DNA from: Candidatus Uhrbacteria bacterium
GTDB lineage: Bacteria > Patescibacteriota > Patescibacteriia > GWA2-47-26
Assembly: GCA_016187515.1 (NCBI GenBank)
Contig: JACPJN010000009.1
Span: 4,891-68,890 of the forward strand
Length of the DNA: 64,000 bases
Reading direction: 5' to 3'
Position 1 is the stretch's first letter; every line of letters begins with the position of its first letter. This document shows positions 18,706 through 31,130 of this stretch, piece after piece. Position numbers and translations under genes: made by a program. Under the pieces are notes generated by a model. The model did no database searches, was not told where the DNA came from, and saw only the letters and a list, made by a program, of their open reading frames with translations.

Positions 18706-20412
18706 TCAAGATCGTGATTTCGCCGCAACTCCATGGTGCGTCCGCCGCTCAATAAATTCATGCAAAAATTCGTGAACAATATCGTGCGCCGCGTGAAACC
18801 CCTGCTCCAGAAGATGCGCGATCGGGCGGGCCTCCGGCGCGTATTCCACATGCGCGCGCACCTCGCCGTCTTCAAAAAACCGGATATGGCATTGCTTTTC
18901 ATGATCCAAAAGTTTGCGCAAACCCGTAATTTCGCCCTGATCAATCCATTCCGGCCGCACTACTTCAAAACCGATCATTTTAAGGTGCGCGACCGCGGTC
19001 TCCGGCGCGACCTCGGGCTTAATCCAACCCACGTGAAATCGCTGTCGCCGTAAAAATTTGTGCGTCATGGCAAAACGCAAAACCCAATCGCGCACCAGCG
19101 GAACGGCCACATCCAAAAAATGCCAGAGCAATCGCGTCCATAAGGAACGCTGCGGCAGCATTAGCGGATACACATAGCGCACGCGTTTGTCCGCGATAAT
19201 TCCATCCCAAAGCGCGCCCGCCGCGTTTTGCGGCGCGCCTTGCGTCGGATAGTGATGAAAATCCAGCATGGGAATGGAATTGGCCTCAATAATCCCGCAG
19301 TTCTGCTCATGATAAGGCCGATTTAGGTCTTCCGCGATCATATCAAACCCAACCAAATCCGTGCCGAATATTCTGGCGGCGCGCCGAAACATCTCGCGAT
19401 TTTCCGGATGCAAAAGCGGGGTTTCCTCATAGATATCGCCGCCCGATCCGATCGAGGGTTTGCTGTGGAGAATAATTTTTTCGCCCGGCGCGGGAACATG
19501 ATCAAGGGTAAGGCCTTGGGCGGTAAGAGCAATCTCGGTTGTCGTGACCCCCTCTTTCTCCCCCTTTTTAAGGGGGAGATTAAGTGGGGGTAACGGAATC
19601 TTGTGCAATGTCGTATCCCTCTGCCCGGTCTCCCCTCTCCGCGGATCGGTATTTTTCAATTTAACAAGTTCGCGCACCGTATGCGCGCCATCGCCGGAAA
19701 CATTCGGCGCCTCCCGGCGCGCCACAAACACCTGATTAAAATTAATCACCGTAACGCGATAAAGGTTGCCGATTAAAAAACGCTCCACAATAAAGCGCGG
19801 ATCATACTGTTTGGCCAGATTGATCGCGCGCGCCAGCTCTTCCGCGGTGCGCACCGGCGCGCTGACATGATAAGCATGCGTGCCTCGCGCGGGTTTAACC
19901 GCCAAAGGAAATCCCAATTTTTTGCCAAACCATCGGCCATGTTTCGCGCTCCAAAAAACTTTACCGGGCGATGCCGGAAAACCGGCTTGCAAAAGCCGCT
20001 TTTTGGTCCAGGCCTTGTCGTCTAAATGGAAATTAAGAAAGCGGCTGGCCACGGCGTCAAAATAATAGCGCTTGCCGCCAAATTTCACGCGATAATAAGT
20101 GGAAACGCGGCCGAGAAGTTTTATGGATTCAATGCTGATGCGGCGCGTCCGCGCTTCAGCAATTATGGCCCAGCTGCGTGGCCAATGCTCGGTTCTGTCA
20201 AATTGCGCGGTAAAACGCACCACGCCCAGCATTTCCATGAGTTTGTACCAAAAATGCGCTGCGGAAAACCATTTCGGAAACCGCGGCAGTTGCGCCACGG
20301 CCTTCTTGGAAAAAAAATCTTGAAACAAAATATCCAAATACGCCTGTAAACGAATTCCCGCGTGCGAGCGGATTTTATTGGGGTAACAAGCGGGACAGTA
20401 GGGCTGGGTCAT
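18706..20412 (-). CDS. Cyanophycin synthetase/GshAB-like ATP-grasp protein with an extra C-terminal domain
   Basis: GFPLAVKP, FIVERFL, GDGAHTVRELV, IIEANSIP. Confidence 0.75.
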   Translation of the reverse strand: MTQPYCPACYPNKIRSHAGIRLQAYLDILFQDFFSKKAVAQLPRFPKWFSAAHFWYKLMEMLGVVRFTAQFDRTEHWPRSWAIIAEARTRRISIESIKLLGRVSTYYRVKFGGKRYYFDAVASRFLNFHLDDKAWTKKRLLQAGFPASPGKVFWSAKHGRWFGKKLGFPLAVKPARGTHAYHVSAPVRTAEELARAINLAKQYDPRFIVERFLIGNLYRVTVINFNQVFVARREAPNVSGDGAHTVRELVKLKNTDPRRGETGQRDTTLHKIPLPPLNLPLKKGEKEGVTTTEIALTAQGLTLDHVPAPGEKIILHSKPSIGSGGDIYEETPLLHPENREMFRRAARIFGTDLVGFDMIAEDLNRPYHEQNCGIIEANSIPMLDFHHYPTQGAPQNAAGALWDGIIADKRVRYVYPLMLPQRSLWTRLLWHFLDVAVPLVRDWVLRFAMTHKFLRRQRFHVGWIKPEVAPETAVAHLKMIGFEVVRPEWIDQGEITGLRKLLDHEKQCHIRFFEDGEVRAHVEYAPEARPIAHLLEQGFHAAHDIVHEFLHEFIERRTHHGVAAKSRS

Positions 20413-20484
20413 ATGTGTCAAGCACTATACCACAAACCTCCCCTTAAGGTAAGGGGAGGTAGGAGGGTTATGCAAATCTCATGA

Positions 20485-20937
20485 TTATTCCTGCCCTGTC
20501 TGCGTTCCGGAAACAACCGGACCGCCGTGGCCGCGATGCCGCCGCGCGACTTTGAGGCGTGCAAGCTCGCGTTCCAGGCCCGCGGCTGCCGCGGCAAAGG
20601 TCTCGTCATCCATGTTACGCTTTTCCGTAAGTGCGCGCTCCGCATCCGCTCGCGCCTTTTCAATCGCGGCTACTGTCAACTCCTCCGCCCGCTCCGCGGT
20701 ATCGGCAAGCACCACTACCCTATTTTGTGGCTGAACCTCTATGAAGCCACCCGACACGGCCATATACTGCTCGCCTTTGCCTTTTCGCACGGTAATCGCG
20801 CCGGGCACAAGCACCGAAACAAGCGGGATATGCTGAGGAAGTACCGTAATCTCCCCTTCTTTGGTGGGTAAGGTAATACTGTCCACCTCATCACGATAAA
20901 CGATTCTCTCTGGAGTTGCTATCTCAAATGCTATCAT
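20485..20937 (-). CDS. atpC: ATP synthase F1 epsilon
   Basis: GEITVLPQHIPL, AVSGGFIEV. Confidence 0.96.
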   Translation of the reverse strand: MIAFEIATPERIVYRDEVDSITLPTKEGEITVLPQHIPLVSVLVPGAITVRKGKGEQYMAVSGGFIEVQPQNRVVVLADTAERAEELTVAAIEKARADAERALTEKRNMDDETFAAAAAGLERELARLKVARRHRGHGGPVVSGTQTGQE

Positions 20938-20938
20938 A

Positions 20939-22369
<1,431 letters not shown>

Positions 22370-22603
22370 TTATTCTGCAAATTTAAAACATCCTTCGCAT
22401 TGAGGTGTATCGCCTGACGGACGTTCTCTGATGATACACCCAGTAGATTTTACATCCTGCATATACTGTTCCATATTAACTCCTTTGCCGCTTAGTAGCT
22501 CAAGATGCGATTTCCAACACGACGGACAAAAATCACCATCCGGGGAACTCATCCACCCTTCAACACTTAATGTCTCCATTCGTGTTTTTCGTGTTTCATC
22601 CAT
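22370..22603 (-). CDS. Small Cys-rich orphan inside the atp operon
   Basis: MDETRK...CPSC...CEGC; AT-richer than its neighbours. Confidence 0.55.
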   Translation of the reverse strand: MDETRKTRMETLSVEGWMSSPDGDFCPSCWKSHLELLSGKGVNMEQYMQDVKSTGCIIRERPSGDTPQCEGCFKFAE

Positions 22604-22607
22604 ATCA

Positions 22608-22669
22608 CTATTCCACCGCCGCTTTGCCGGCGGAAATTTCCGCGATTTCGCGGGTGATCGTGGCTTGCC
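22608..22669 (-). pseudogene. Displaced duplicate of the atpG 3' end (QATITREIAEISAGKAAVE*)
   Basis: Direct translation matches the AtpG C-terminus with different codons. Confidence 0.88.
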
Positions 22670-22808
22670 CTGTAGTAGAAGTCCGACGACTCTGCGCTTT
22701 GCCCCGTAGTAGAGCAAAGCTTCACTACAGGGCTTTGCGCAGGTCAGTGTGCGCCTCCGTCGCAATGTCGGACTTTCACTACGGGGCGTGGCGGGTTTGA
22801 TTATTTAA

Positions 22809-23867
22809 TTATTCTAATGCTGCTTTACCTGCTGATATCTCGGCTATCTCCCTAGTAATAGTAGCTTGCCGTGCCTGATTGAACGTAAAGGTTAAGTCAT
22901 CAATCATATCGCGCGCGGCGTCCGAGGCGTTTTTCATCGCCACCATGCGCGCGGAATGTTCAGAGGCGGATGATTCCAAAATTGCTTGGTACACTTGAAC
23001 TTCCACCAACCGCGGGAGCATACCGTCCAGCACTTCGGCCGGGGTCGGCTCGAAAAGGTAGGAGTAGGAGTAGTTCGCCGATCGTAACCCCTCCTCGCCT
23101 CCCCTTACCCTAAGGGGAGGAACCGATCGATCTCCCTCCCTTAAGGTAAGGGAGGGTTGGGGTGGGTTATGAATTCCGCCCGCCACGACTTCCTTCGTCA
23201 ACGGCAGCAACTGTTTCACATTCGGCACTTGGCGGATGGACGAAATAAAATCCGTGTAAGCAAGATACACGGCATCATACTTGCCAGCCACGAAATCCGT
23301 AATTGCAAGTTGCGCGACCGGCCGTACATCCGTAATCCGCGGATTATTGCTTAAATTATTAAATGTCGCGACAATATTCCAGCCCAGCCGTCGGGCAAGG
23401 TCAGTTCCCTTTTTGCCTACTGTCAGAAAGTCTATCTTAATAGCGTTTTTTGGCGTTGTAATAGCGTCGGACTGGCGATCATGCTTAGAAGCCATACGTA
23501 CGCCATCATTACGCCATGAGACGCTATTTAAGCGCACAAACTCTATTACTCGTTTTGCCATTTGCGCGTTGAAGCCGCCGCAAAGTCCGCGGTCGGACGA
23601 AACAAGTACCACAAGTGCGCGTTCCATTTTTTCCGGCTGCCGCAAAAGCGCGTGATGCGCCGCATCCGTCACTTTTGCCAGTTCCCCGACGGTTTCCCAA
23701 CCAAGATTTGCATACGGCCGCGTACCCAGCGTAGCATTTACCGCCCGGCGCATTTTGGACGCCGAAACCAGCTCCATGGCTTTGGTTATTTTTTTAGTGT
23801 TCGAAATACTCTTAATTCTCCTTTTAATAATTCTGGTACTCACGGGCATAGTTTGGGTAGAAGCCAT
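22809..23867 (-). CDS. atpG: ATP synthase F1 gamma
   Basis: KITKAMELVSASK, SDRGLCGGFN, SEHSARMVAM. Confidence 0.97.
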   Translation of the reverse strand: MASTQTMPVSTRIIKRRIKSISNTKKITKAMELVSASKMRRAVNATLGTRPYANLGWETVGELAKVTDAAHHALLRQPEKMERALVVLVSSDRGLCGGFNAQMAKRVIEFVRLNSVSWRNDGVRMASKHDRQSDAITTPKNAIKIDFLTVGKKGTDLARRLGWNIVATFNNLSNNPRITDVRPVAQLAITDFVAGKYDAVYLAYTDFISSIRQVPNVKQLLPLTKEVVAGGIHNPPQPSLTLREGDRSVPPLRVRGGEEGLRSANYSYSYLFEPTPAEVLDGMLPRLVEVQVYQAILESSASEHSARMVAMKNASDAARDMIDDLTFTFNQARQATITREIAEISAGKAALE

Positions 23868-23938
23868 TTTACGCTATAACTACGCCAGGGGAAACGCCAA
23901 TTGGCGTAAGGTGGCGTTGTGATGGCGTATCCTGGCTT

Positions 23939-25435
23939 CTAGATTTTCTTAAATTCCTCAATCGCCCCTTTTAATTTTTTCTCCACATCGGCCGTCAACT
24001 CCTTTCCTTTATGAATCGCGGCAATTACATCCTTTCGCGCATTGGCAAAGTATTTGTGGAACCGTTCTTCAAAATCCGCAACTTTATCAGTCGGCACATC
24101 GTCAAGATAGCCATTAACCGCCGCGTATAAAATCGCAACTTGATTCTCCACTGCCAAAGGCGTGTATTGCAATTGCTTCAAAATTTCAACCAGCCGCCGG
24201 CCGCGTTCAATTTGCGCGCGGGTTTGCGGATCAAGTTCAGACGCAAACTGTGCAAATGCTTCTAGCTCGCGGAATTGCGCCAGATCAAGTCGTAAACGGC
24301 CGGCTACTTTTTTCATGGCTTTAATCTGCGCCGCGCCTCCTACACGGGATACGGAAAGTCCCACATTGAGGGCCGGCCGAATTCCGCGATAAAATAGATC
24401 CGTTTCAAGATAAATCTGCCCGTCAGTAATGGAAATCACATTGGTCGGAATATAAGCCGACACATCTCCGGCTTGTGTTTCAATAATCGGCAGCGCAGTC
24501 AATGATCCGCCACCGCGGGCCTTGGACATTTTCGCGGCTCGCTCAAGCAGACGCGAGTGCAAATAAAAAATATCTCCAGGATATGCTTCTCGCCCCGGCG
24601 GACGACGGAGCAAAAGCGAGATTTGCCGATAAGCCCAGGCATGCTTGGATAAATCATCATAGACCACCAGCGCGTCTTTGCCTTGATCCATAAAATACTC
24701 ACCCAAAGCGCATCCGGCATACGGCGCGATAAACGAAAGCGCGGCTGGATCCGACGCGCCGGCAACCACCACAATAGTATTTTCCATCGCCCCGGCTTCT
24801 TCAAGTTTAGCCACAATCTTCGCGATCTTGGACTCTTTTTGCCCGATCGCGACGTAAACCGAAATTACATCCGCGCCGCGCTGATTGATAATCGTATCAA
24901 TCGCTACCGCGGTTTTTCCAACTTGCCGGTCGCCGATAATCAACTCGCGCTGACCCCGGCCAACCGGGATCATCGCGTCAACTGCTTTAATTCCGGTCTG
25001 GAGCGGCGTATCAACCGGCGCGCGGTCAATTACTCCGGGAGCAATTTTTTCAACCGGATAATCCGCGCTCTTTTTTATCGCGCCCTTGCCATCAAGCGGA
25101 TTTCCCAGCGGATCAATGACCCGACCCACAAACGCGTTACCCACCGGAATGGATAGCACTTTTCCGGTACTTTTGACCGTATCCCCCTCCTTAATATGGG
25201 CGTAATCACCAAGCACCATGGCGCCGACCATGCCCTCTTCTAAATTCAATACGACCCCATACACCCCGCCGGATAGTTCCAGCATCTCCGAGGCCATTGC
25301 CTCCGAAAGTCCGGAAACACGTACAATTCCGTCCGCCACTTCCAAAACCGTGCCCACATGCTCCATTTTAGCGTCGGACTTAAACTCCTTAAGCTGCTGT
25401 TTTAGGGTTTCAATGACTTGCGATTTTTGTGTCAT
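23939..25435 (-). CDS. atpA: ATP synthase F1 alpha
   Basis: [18 protein letters not shown]. Confidence 0.98.
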   Translation of the reverse strand: MTQKSQVIETLKQQLKEFKSDAKMEHVGTVLEVADGIVRVSGLSEAMASEMLELSGGVYGVVLNLEEGMVGAMVLGDYAHIKEGDTVKSTGKVLSIPVGNAFVGRVIDPLGNPLDGKGAIKKSADYPVEKIAPGVIDRAPVDTPLQTGIKAVDAMIPVGRGQRELIIGDRQVGKTAVAIDTIINQRGADVISVYVAIGQKESKIAKIVAKLEEAGAMENTIVVVAGASDPAALSFIAPYAGCALGEYFMDQGKDALVVYDDLSKHAWAYRQISLLLRRPPGREAYPGDIFYLHSRLLERAAKMSKARGGGSLTALPIIETQAGDVSAYIPTNVISITDGQIYLETDLFYRGIRPALNVGLSVSRVGGAAQIKAMKKVAGRLRLDLAQFRELEAFAQFASELDPQTRAQIERGRRLVEILKQLQYTPLAVENQVAILYAAVNGYLDDVPTDKVADFEERFHKYFANARKDVIAAIHKGKELTADVEKKLKGAIEEFKKI

Positions 25436-25818
25436 AAAGTGCTGCGCAGCGCGCGTAAGCGCGCGCGTAAAGTATCATCAATCATATAATCACCGGCCCT
25501 GATGCGCGCGCCACCGATTAGCGCCGGATCTTCCCTTGATTTTATCTCCACTTTTACATTTTTTCCCAATTGCTTTCCGATTTCGGAAAACACACTTTTT
25601 TGCGCTGTCCGCGCGGTAGTAACTTCCACATCAATCACTCCTTCCCGCGCGTTGTAATACTGGGAATAAAACATTAAAATCTTCGGCAATTTATTTAATG
25701 CGCGCTGCTTGAAAAGCAAATTCAAAAAATCGCGCGTGCGCTCTTCAATTTCCTTCTTCGGCTCGTCCTTCGTAAGCTCGTAGAGCAAAATGGCGTATTG
25801 TTTTGGAGTGATTTTCAT
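25432..25818 (-). CDS. atpH: ATP synthase delta (short form)
   Basis: Operon position; [10 protein letters not shown]. Confidence 0.88.
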   Translation of the reverse strand: MKITPKQYAILLYELTKDEPKKEIEERTRDFLNLLFKQRALNKLPKILMFYSQYYNAREGVIDVEVTTARTAQKSVFSEIGKQLGKNVKVEIKSREDPALIGGARIRAGDYMIDDTLRARLRALRSTL

Positions 25819-25902
25819 ATGTGCTGTGGTAAATCAAGTAAAGCAAGTAAATCAGGCAAGTCAAGCACTTGATTTACCTGTCTCGCTTGATTTACTCACA
25901 AT

Positions 25903-26409
25903 TCAAGCCCTCCCAATCCTCACCTTCTTGACCGCGCTTTCAATCAGCTGCTTATCAATTTCCGGGGTCATCACGCCGCCCAGCACATGCTCGGTCGCGT
26001 GCGCAACAATATCCGCGAGCTCGTCTTCGGCCTCCTCCATAATCTGATCCCGTTCCGCAGCAAACCGCGCTCGCCCGCTGGCAATAATTTTTTCCGCTTC
26101 TTTCTGGGCTTTCGCGGCAAGTTCGGCGCGGATTTTTTCTGCTTCTTTTTGTGTGGCCTCTAAAATTTTCTGCGCCTCGGCGCGCGCGCCGCGCAATTTT
26201 GACTCATACATCTCTCCGGTTTCGCGCAATTTCTTTTCCACCGCGTCCGCGTTTTTCAATCCTTCCTCAATCCGCGCGGACCGCTCATGCAATAATTTAA
26301 GCACGGGCTTGTATAAAAATTTATACAATAGCGCAAGCAGGATGGTAAAATTAATAAGCTGGGCGATAAGCAGCCGCCAATCAATGCCGAGATTGGATAA
26401 GAGTTCCAT
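25903..26409 (-). CDS. atpF: ATP synthase F0 subunit b
   Basis: AQLINF..LYKFLYKP followed by a coiled coil. Confidence 0.95.
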   Translation of the reverse strand: MELLSNLGIDWRLLIAQLINFTILLALLYKFLYKPVLKLLHERSARIEEGLKNADAVEKKLRETGEMYESKLRGARAEAQKILEATQKEAEKIRAELAAKAQKEAEKIIASGRARFAAERDQIMEEAEDELADIVAHATEHVLGGVMTPEIDKQLIESAVKKVRIGRA

Positions 26410-26504
26410 ATATTTTGAATTACGCTGAACTTATACTGAACTGGAACGGAACATCGCTGAATTCCGTGTGTGTTCCGTCCTGGTTCTGTGCAGGTTCCGC
26501 GTTC

Positions 26505-26750
<246 letters not shown>

Positions 26751-26867
26751 CTACTGCTTACCACGTGGAATTGGATTTTTAACGTGGGCTTTCGGCGTTT
26801 GTTAGGGTTTAGCGTTAAGCGTCTAGCGTCAAGTACTAAACGCTATACGCTAGACCCTAGACGCTCT

Positions 26868-27635
26868 TCAATGTGCGACTTCATGTTTTTCATGGCTAGT
26901 AACTGCCATTTTCATAAATACCAGCGTCAGCATGGAGAATACCACGGCTTGCACCAATCCGACAAATATCTCCAACATCAAAAACGGCAGCGGTACTACA
27001 TATGGTACCAGAAATAGCGCCACTGTCAAAAGCACCTCGCCCGCGAAGATGTTGCCAAACAACCGGAAGGAGAACGAGACGATTTTCGCGGCCTCGGCCA
27101 CAAGTTCAAGCGCGCCCACAAATGTCCCCACCACATACGGGGCTTTCCATGGCGGAACCAGGAATTTGCCCGCGTATTTGAAGGCCCCCAGCGCCACGAT
27201 GCCTAGAATTTGTGTGGATAACACCGAAACGATCGCGATCGCGAGCGTCACGTTCAGATCGGCCGAGGAAGAACGGATGAACGGAACCAGCACTTCTTTT
27301 CCATGATGCACCTCCCATAAACCAATGGTTCCCAACCCCGGCACAATTTCAATTAAATTGGAAAATAATACAAACAAAAAAATCGTCATCACCACCGGAA
27401 AAAACTTGTACGAAAGTTTGCGATCACCGGTTACGCTGTCCATCAGTCCAAGCGCGCTCTCAAATAATGCTTCCACCAGATTCTGCGCGCCGCGCGGGAC
27501 GGTACGCAATTTTCCGCGTACCGTGAGCGCCAGCGCCACCAATATCAAAATCACCAGCCAGGCCATGGGTAAGGTATTTACAAATGGAAAGGTTCCGATG
27601 TGAAAGAGTGCTTCGGGAGCTAAACTTATGTTCAT
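26868..27635 (-). CDS. atpB: ATP synthase F0 subunit a
   Basis: SFSFRLFGNIFAGE, VQAVVFSML. Confidence 0.96.
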   Translation of the reverse strand: MNISLAPEALFHIGTFPFVNTLPMAWLVILILVALALTVRGKLRTVPRGAQNLVEALFESALGLMDSVTGDRKLSYKFFPVVMTIFLFVLFSNLIEIVPGLGTIGLWEVHHGKEVLVPFIRSSSADLNVTLAIAIVSVLSTQILGIVALGAFKYAGKFLVPPWKAPYVVGTFVGALELVAEAAKIVSFSFRLFGNIFAGEVLLTVALFLVPYVVPLPFLMLEIFVGLVQAVVFSMLTLVFMKMAVTSHEKHEVAH

Positions 27636-27716
27636 TGGATTGTAGTAAATCAGGTAAATCAAGCGAGACAAGTAAATCAAGCGCTTGATTTACTTAATTT
27701 ACTTGCTTTACTTGAT

Positions 27717-27992
27717 TTACTTTTTACTAATAATCTTCATCATTTTAAAATAAACCAACCACGAACTCACCACAAGCGAAATTCCAATTCCAACCAGCAG
27801 CAGCCACGGGCTGGTCTCAAATCTACGGTCCAGCCAGCGACCCCCCAGCGCCAACACCACGAGCGGCACTGCAATAGTATACCCCAATTCCCAAGCCAAA
27901 GAAAGGGCCGACCATGTTCCGTTTTCACGATCTCCCTCCCTTAAGTTAAGGGAGGGTTGGGGAGAGTTATGCTCAACTTTTTCATCTGTCAT
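27717..27992 (-). CDS. AtpZ/AtpI-family protein
   Basis: ELGYTIAVP..GGRWLDRRFETSPW; first gene of the atp operon. Confidence 0.85.
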   Translation of the reverse strand: MTDEKVEHNSPQPSLNLREGDRENGTWSALSLAWELGYTIAVPLVVLALGGRWLDRRFETSPWLLLVGIGISLVVSSWLVYFKMMKIISKK

Positions 27993-28281
27993 ATTCGTTG
28001 CATTCGTCCAACTATTCGTTGATTTGTACACAATTGAAAATTTATCCAGTATACCCCGCCGCCCGATTCCGGTCAAAGGTTTTTTATCAACACCCGCCCA
28101 TCACAATCCCCCTCCCTTAAGGTAAGGGAGGGCTGGGGTGGGTTATGTCGCTTATTTTAGCACAAATCCGCAATTTGCGCTTGACAAAAATCCAACTTTG
28201 TGCTATCATTAAGCCACGAAATGAGGCATGGCGTGGGTAAGTCCACGGCCACCTCTTTGGCTCTTCACCACAAGGAGTACC

Positions 28282-28503
28282 ATGAGAACTCACCAGCTGC
28301 CCGTATCGGTTCCTGGCGCCACGCACTTCGTCTGCATGGACGAAGGCGAGCGACCGCCGGTCGATGACGTGATCGCGTTCGCCCGCGCCAACGGCGCCAC
28401 GACCCGCGTGGACGGCGAGGAGATGCTTCTCGTCCGCCTGTACGACGAAGACACCTTCTGCGGGATGAACCGTCACTCCCTCAACGCCGGCCTCACGGAG
28501 TAG
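28282..28503 (+). CDS. GC-rich orphan protein
   Basis: Promoter TTGACA-17-TATCAT (28181-28209), AAGGAG RBS, terminator near 28534-28575. Confidence 0.65.
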   Translation: MRTHQLPVSVPGATHFVCMDEGERPPVDDVIAFARANGATTRVDGEEMLLVRLYDEDTFCGMNRHSLNAGLTE

Positions 28504-28689
28504 TCGTCAGGCGACCACGGTCGCCCCGCTCCACCCGCTGCCTGTGTCCCAACACGCGCCGCGGGCTTTTTTTTATTCCAATCCCCTCCCTTAAGGTAAG
28601 GGAGGGCTAGGGTGGGTTATGAGTCGTGCACCGTTCGTAACCCCTCCCATCCCTCCCTTCGCGAAGGGAGGGACCAACCTCCCCTTACC

Positions 28690-30009
28690 CTAAGGGGAGG
28701 AAATTGATCGTATCAATTTTTCAATCTGCCTCTCCCATCTAAACTCATGCACGACTCGCGCTTTGGCGTTTTGGCCAAGCTCGTAACGCAACGCGTCATC
28801 ACGCAAAAGTTGCACGGCCACGCGGGCAAACGCGGCCGGATCATTGGGATCAACCAGTGCTCCGGTTTTTCCATCCAAGATTGCTTCGGGTATTCCTCCG
28901 CTCCGTCCGCCAATTGATGGCTTACCAAACATTGCGGCTTCCAAAAAGACAATTCCAAATCCTTCTACATCCGCGCCGATCTGACGCGAAGGCATGACAA
29001 ACAGATCACAAAGCGCAAAATAAGCCGCCCGCTCTTCGTCGGACACCACACCGACAAAACGTACATAGGGTTGCAACCCCCCGCTCCCACCCCTCCCTCC
29101 CACCCCCTCTTGATCTCCCCCTCGGGTCCCGGCTGCGGCCGAGGATCCTCGATTCTCGAGAATCGGGACAGGGGGAGAGATTCCTCGGGCAGGGGAGGAA
29201 ATTGAATCGTTTCTCCCCCTCTCCGAGGGGGAGTTAGAGGGGGTCTGGAGTGCAGACTCCGCCACCATCCTCTGCAATCTCCCCAAATCCGGCCCATCTC
29301 CCGCCACCACATACACCACCTCCGGCACGTGCTGTAAAATCTCCGGCAACGCCTTAATCACCAAATCATGCCCTTTCCGCTCCACCACCCGCCCAAGCGT
29401 CAAAATCACACGCTTACCCACAAGCCCCAATTTCCGGCGCAACAATTCCACATCTTCCGTTTTCACATCAGTGGAAATCTCCGGACACGGATACACCACA
29501 ATCATCCGGTTGCGATTGCTCACGATCGTGAATTTTTGCAACCGCGCATTTTCAATGCAACGCTTGGTAAACTCGCTGTTGGCCACGATGAGCTTCGCGT
29601 GCGATAAAATCTTTTTTGTCAGCCACCGTTTCCGCCAGGACTTTTGCGCCATAAGCACATCCATGCCGTGCGTAAATACGACATACGGAACGCGCTTGCG
29701 CAACAGATACGCCACCGTGCCAAGGGGCAACACGTGTCCAACAAAAAGCAAGTCGTATTTTTGCTTCTTCAATACTCGCCGCACCGTGCGATATGTCTTA
29801 AACCACCGCGGCCAAACCCATCCCAACAATTCTCCTCCCCTTAAGGTAAGGGGAGGATGGGAGGGGTTATGCCAATGTGGGCCATCATCCGCAACCACAT
29901 CCACTCCATGCCCTTGCCTCTTCAACTCTTCAACCAACCCCCCATAATACGACGCCACTCCCCCATGTTGCGGCGGATACTCCAGGGTAATCAACAAAAT
30001 TTTTTTCAT
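28690..30009 (-). CDS. GT4 glycosyltransferase (PimB-like)
   Basis: YPPQHGGV, RKGHD, EGFGIVFLEAA. Confidence 0.92.
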   Translation of the reverse strand: MKKILLITLEYPPQHGGVASYYGGLVEELKRQGHGVDVVADDGPHWHNPSHPPLTLRGGELLGWVWPRWFKTYRTVRRVLKKQKYDLLFVGHVLPLGTVAYLLRKRVPYVVFTHGMDVLMAQKSWRKRWLTKKILSHAKLIVANSEFTKRCIENARLQKFTIVSNRNRMIVVYPCPEISTDVKTEDVELLRRKLGLVGKRVILTLGRVVERKGHDLVIKALPEILQHVPEVVYVVAGDGPDLGRLQRMVAESALQTPSNSPSERGRNDSISSPARGISPPVPILENRGSSAAAGTRGGDQEGVGGRGGSGGLQPYVRFVGVVSDEERAAYFALCDLFVMPSRQIGADVEGFGIVFLEAAMFGKPSIGGRSGGIPEAILDGKTGALVDPNDPAAFARVAVQLLRDDALRYELGQNAKARVVHEFRWERQIEKLIRSISSP

Positions 30010-30049
30010 AAATGCAAACTAAGGCGAAACTAACATACTTTACAGTATG

Positions 30050-30514
30050 TTAGTTTCGTCCGATTTCCGTGATCACATGATTCACTAATGTATCATTATC
30101 CTTAAAATAAAACGCGCCCTCAAAATTATTACCCTGTAAAAGAAGCGGCAGCCAATAACGATCATCTTTCCACATTTGATCAAACGGAATCTCGCGGTGC
30201 GTAAACCAACGCGGTTCCATCTCGCCGGTCTCACGCGGCTCACCTTTAAACTCCTGCGCGGAAAATACATGCACTTGCAAAAGTTCCGGATGTGTCGCAA
30301 TTTCAAAATCAAGCACCCCGCGATGCTGTACATCACGCGGCATAATCCCGGCCTCCTCTTTAACTTCTCGCACTGCGGCATCCGCAATCGCCTCCCCATC
30401 CTCCACATGTCCTCCAAACCCATTCCAAAATCCGGTCCCAAGCCCGCGCTTTTTCCGCCCCAGCAAAATGTGGGTGTCGTTATAAATCATGCACAAGGTA
30501 AGTATGGTTTTCAT
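30050..30514 (-). CDS. NUDIX hydrolase (MTH1/8-oxo-dGTPase-like)
   Basis: KKRGLG.G.WNGFGG..E.GE....AVREVKEEAG. Confidence 0.9.
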   Translation of the reverse strand: MKTILTLCMIYNDTHILLGRKKRGLGTGFWNGFGGHVEDGEAIADAAVREVKEEAGIMPRDVQHRGVLDFEIATHPELLQVHVFSAQEFKGEPRETGEMEPRWFTHREIPFDQMWKDDRYWLPLLLQGNNFEGAFYFKDNDTLVNHVITEIGRN

Positions 30515-30552
30515 ATCCTCCCCGTGTTCAAAATTTCCTTGAAATAAGAATC

Positions 30553-30912
30553 CTAATCCGTAAGATTATCCAACTCCTCACGACTAAACCAGCGATATTC
30601 GTCATGATCGCCATCAAGTGCCGGCTCGCCTTCAATTTTCCCCACATAGGTCAATCGCACCACATGTCGGCCCGGCACCCGCAAAATATCTTGTGCCGCT
30701 ACCAACCGTGGCTCACCCACCAAATCAAGCCCCACCTCTTCCTTAATTTCACGCTTCAAATTCTCCAAAAGTGTCGTACCCGGTTCAATCCGCCCGCCCA
30801 CAATATCCCATTTTGCCCCGACCTCCGGATATTTTTCCGAAGAACGCCGTACCAAAAGATATTTCCCTTCCTTATTTTGCAACAATGCTTTTACGCCAAC
30901 TTGCAGTTCCAT
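30553..30912 (-). CDS. NUDIX hydrolase
   Basis: GGRIEPG...LKREIKEEVGL. Confidence 0.88.
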   Translation of the reverse strand: MELQVGVKALLQNKEGKYLLVRRSSEKYPEVGAKWDIVGGRIEPGTTLLENLKREIKEEVGLDLVGEPRLVAAQDILRVPGRHVVRLTYVGKIEGEPALDGDHDEYRWFSREELDNLTD

Positions 30913-30937
30913 AATGTTCTATGCTATAATTTTACAG

Positions 30938-31130
30938 AGCGTACCCCCACAGAGGACTTCGTCTCGAAAAGACCGGCCGTACCTTCGGGTATGGAGTAGG
31001 AAGCTAGTGGTCGCCGGTGCACCGACGGCCATGAAATTCAGAGGCAGCTCCCTTATGAGGTCTGGGTTCCACCTCTGATCGGGTAAAATGGAGATAGGGG
31101 TAAGTCCCGCCCCTCCATGGGTTCACGCTT
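30938..31130 (+). ncRNA. Unidentified structured ncRNA (~195 nt)
   Basis: Extended -10 TGCTATAAT at 30922-30930; 5' and 3' ends pair; several internal hairpins; followed by a terminator. Confidence 0.55.

Noticed and set aside
22604-22765. N-terminal extension of the tracked ORF 22370-22765
   Set aside because: Runs through a repeat and the out-of-frame atpG remnant; the likely start is ATG at 22603
30938-31130. RNase P RNA, tmRNA or SRP RNA
   Set aside because: No GAGGAAAGTCC, tRNA-like CCA end or SRP loop motif on either strand
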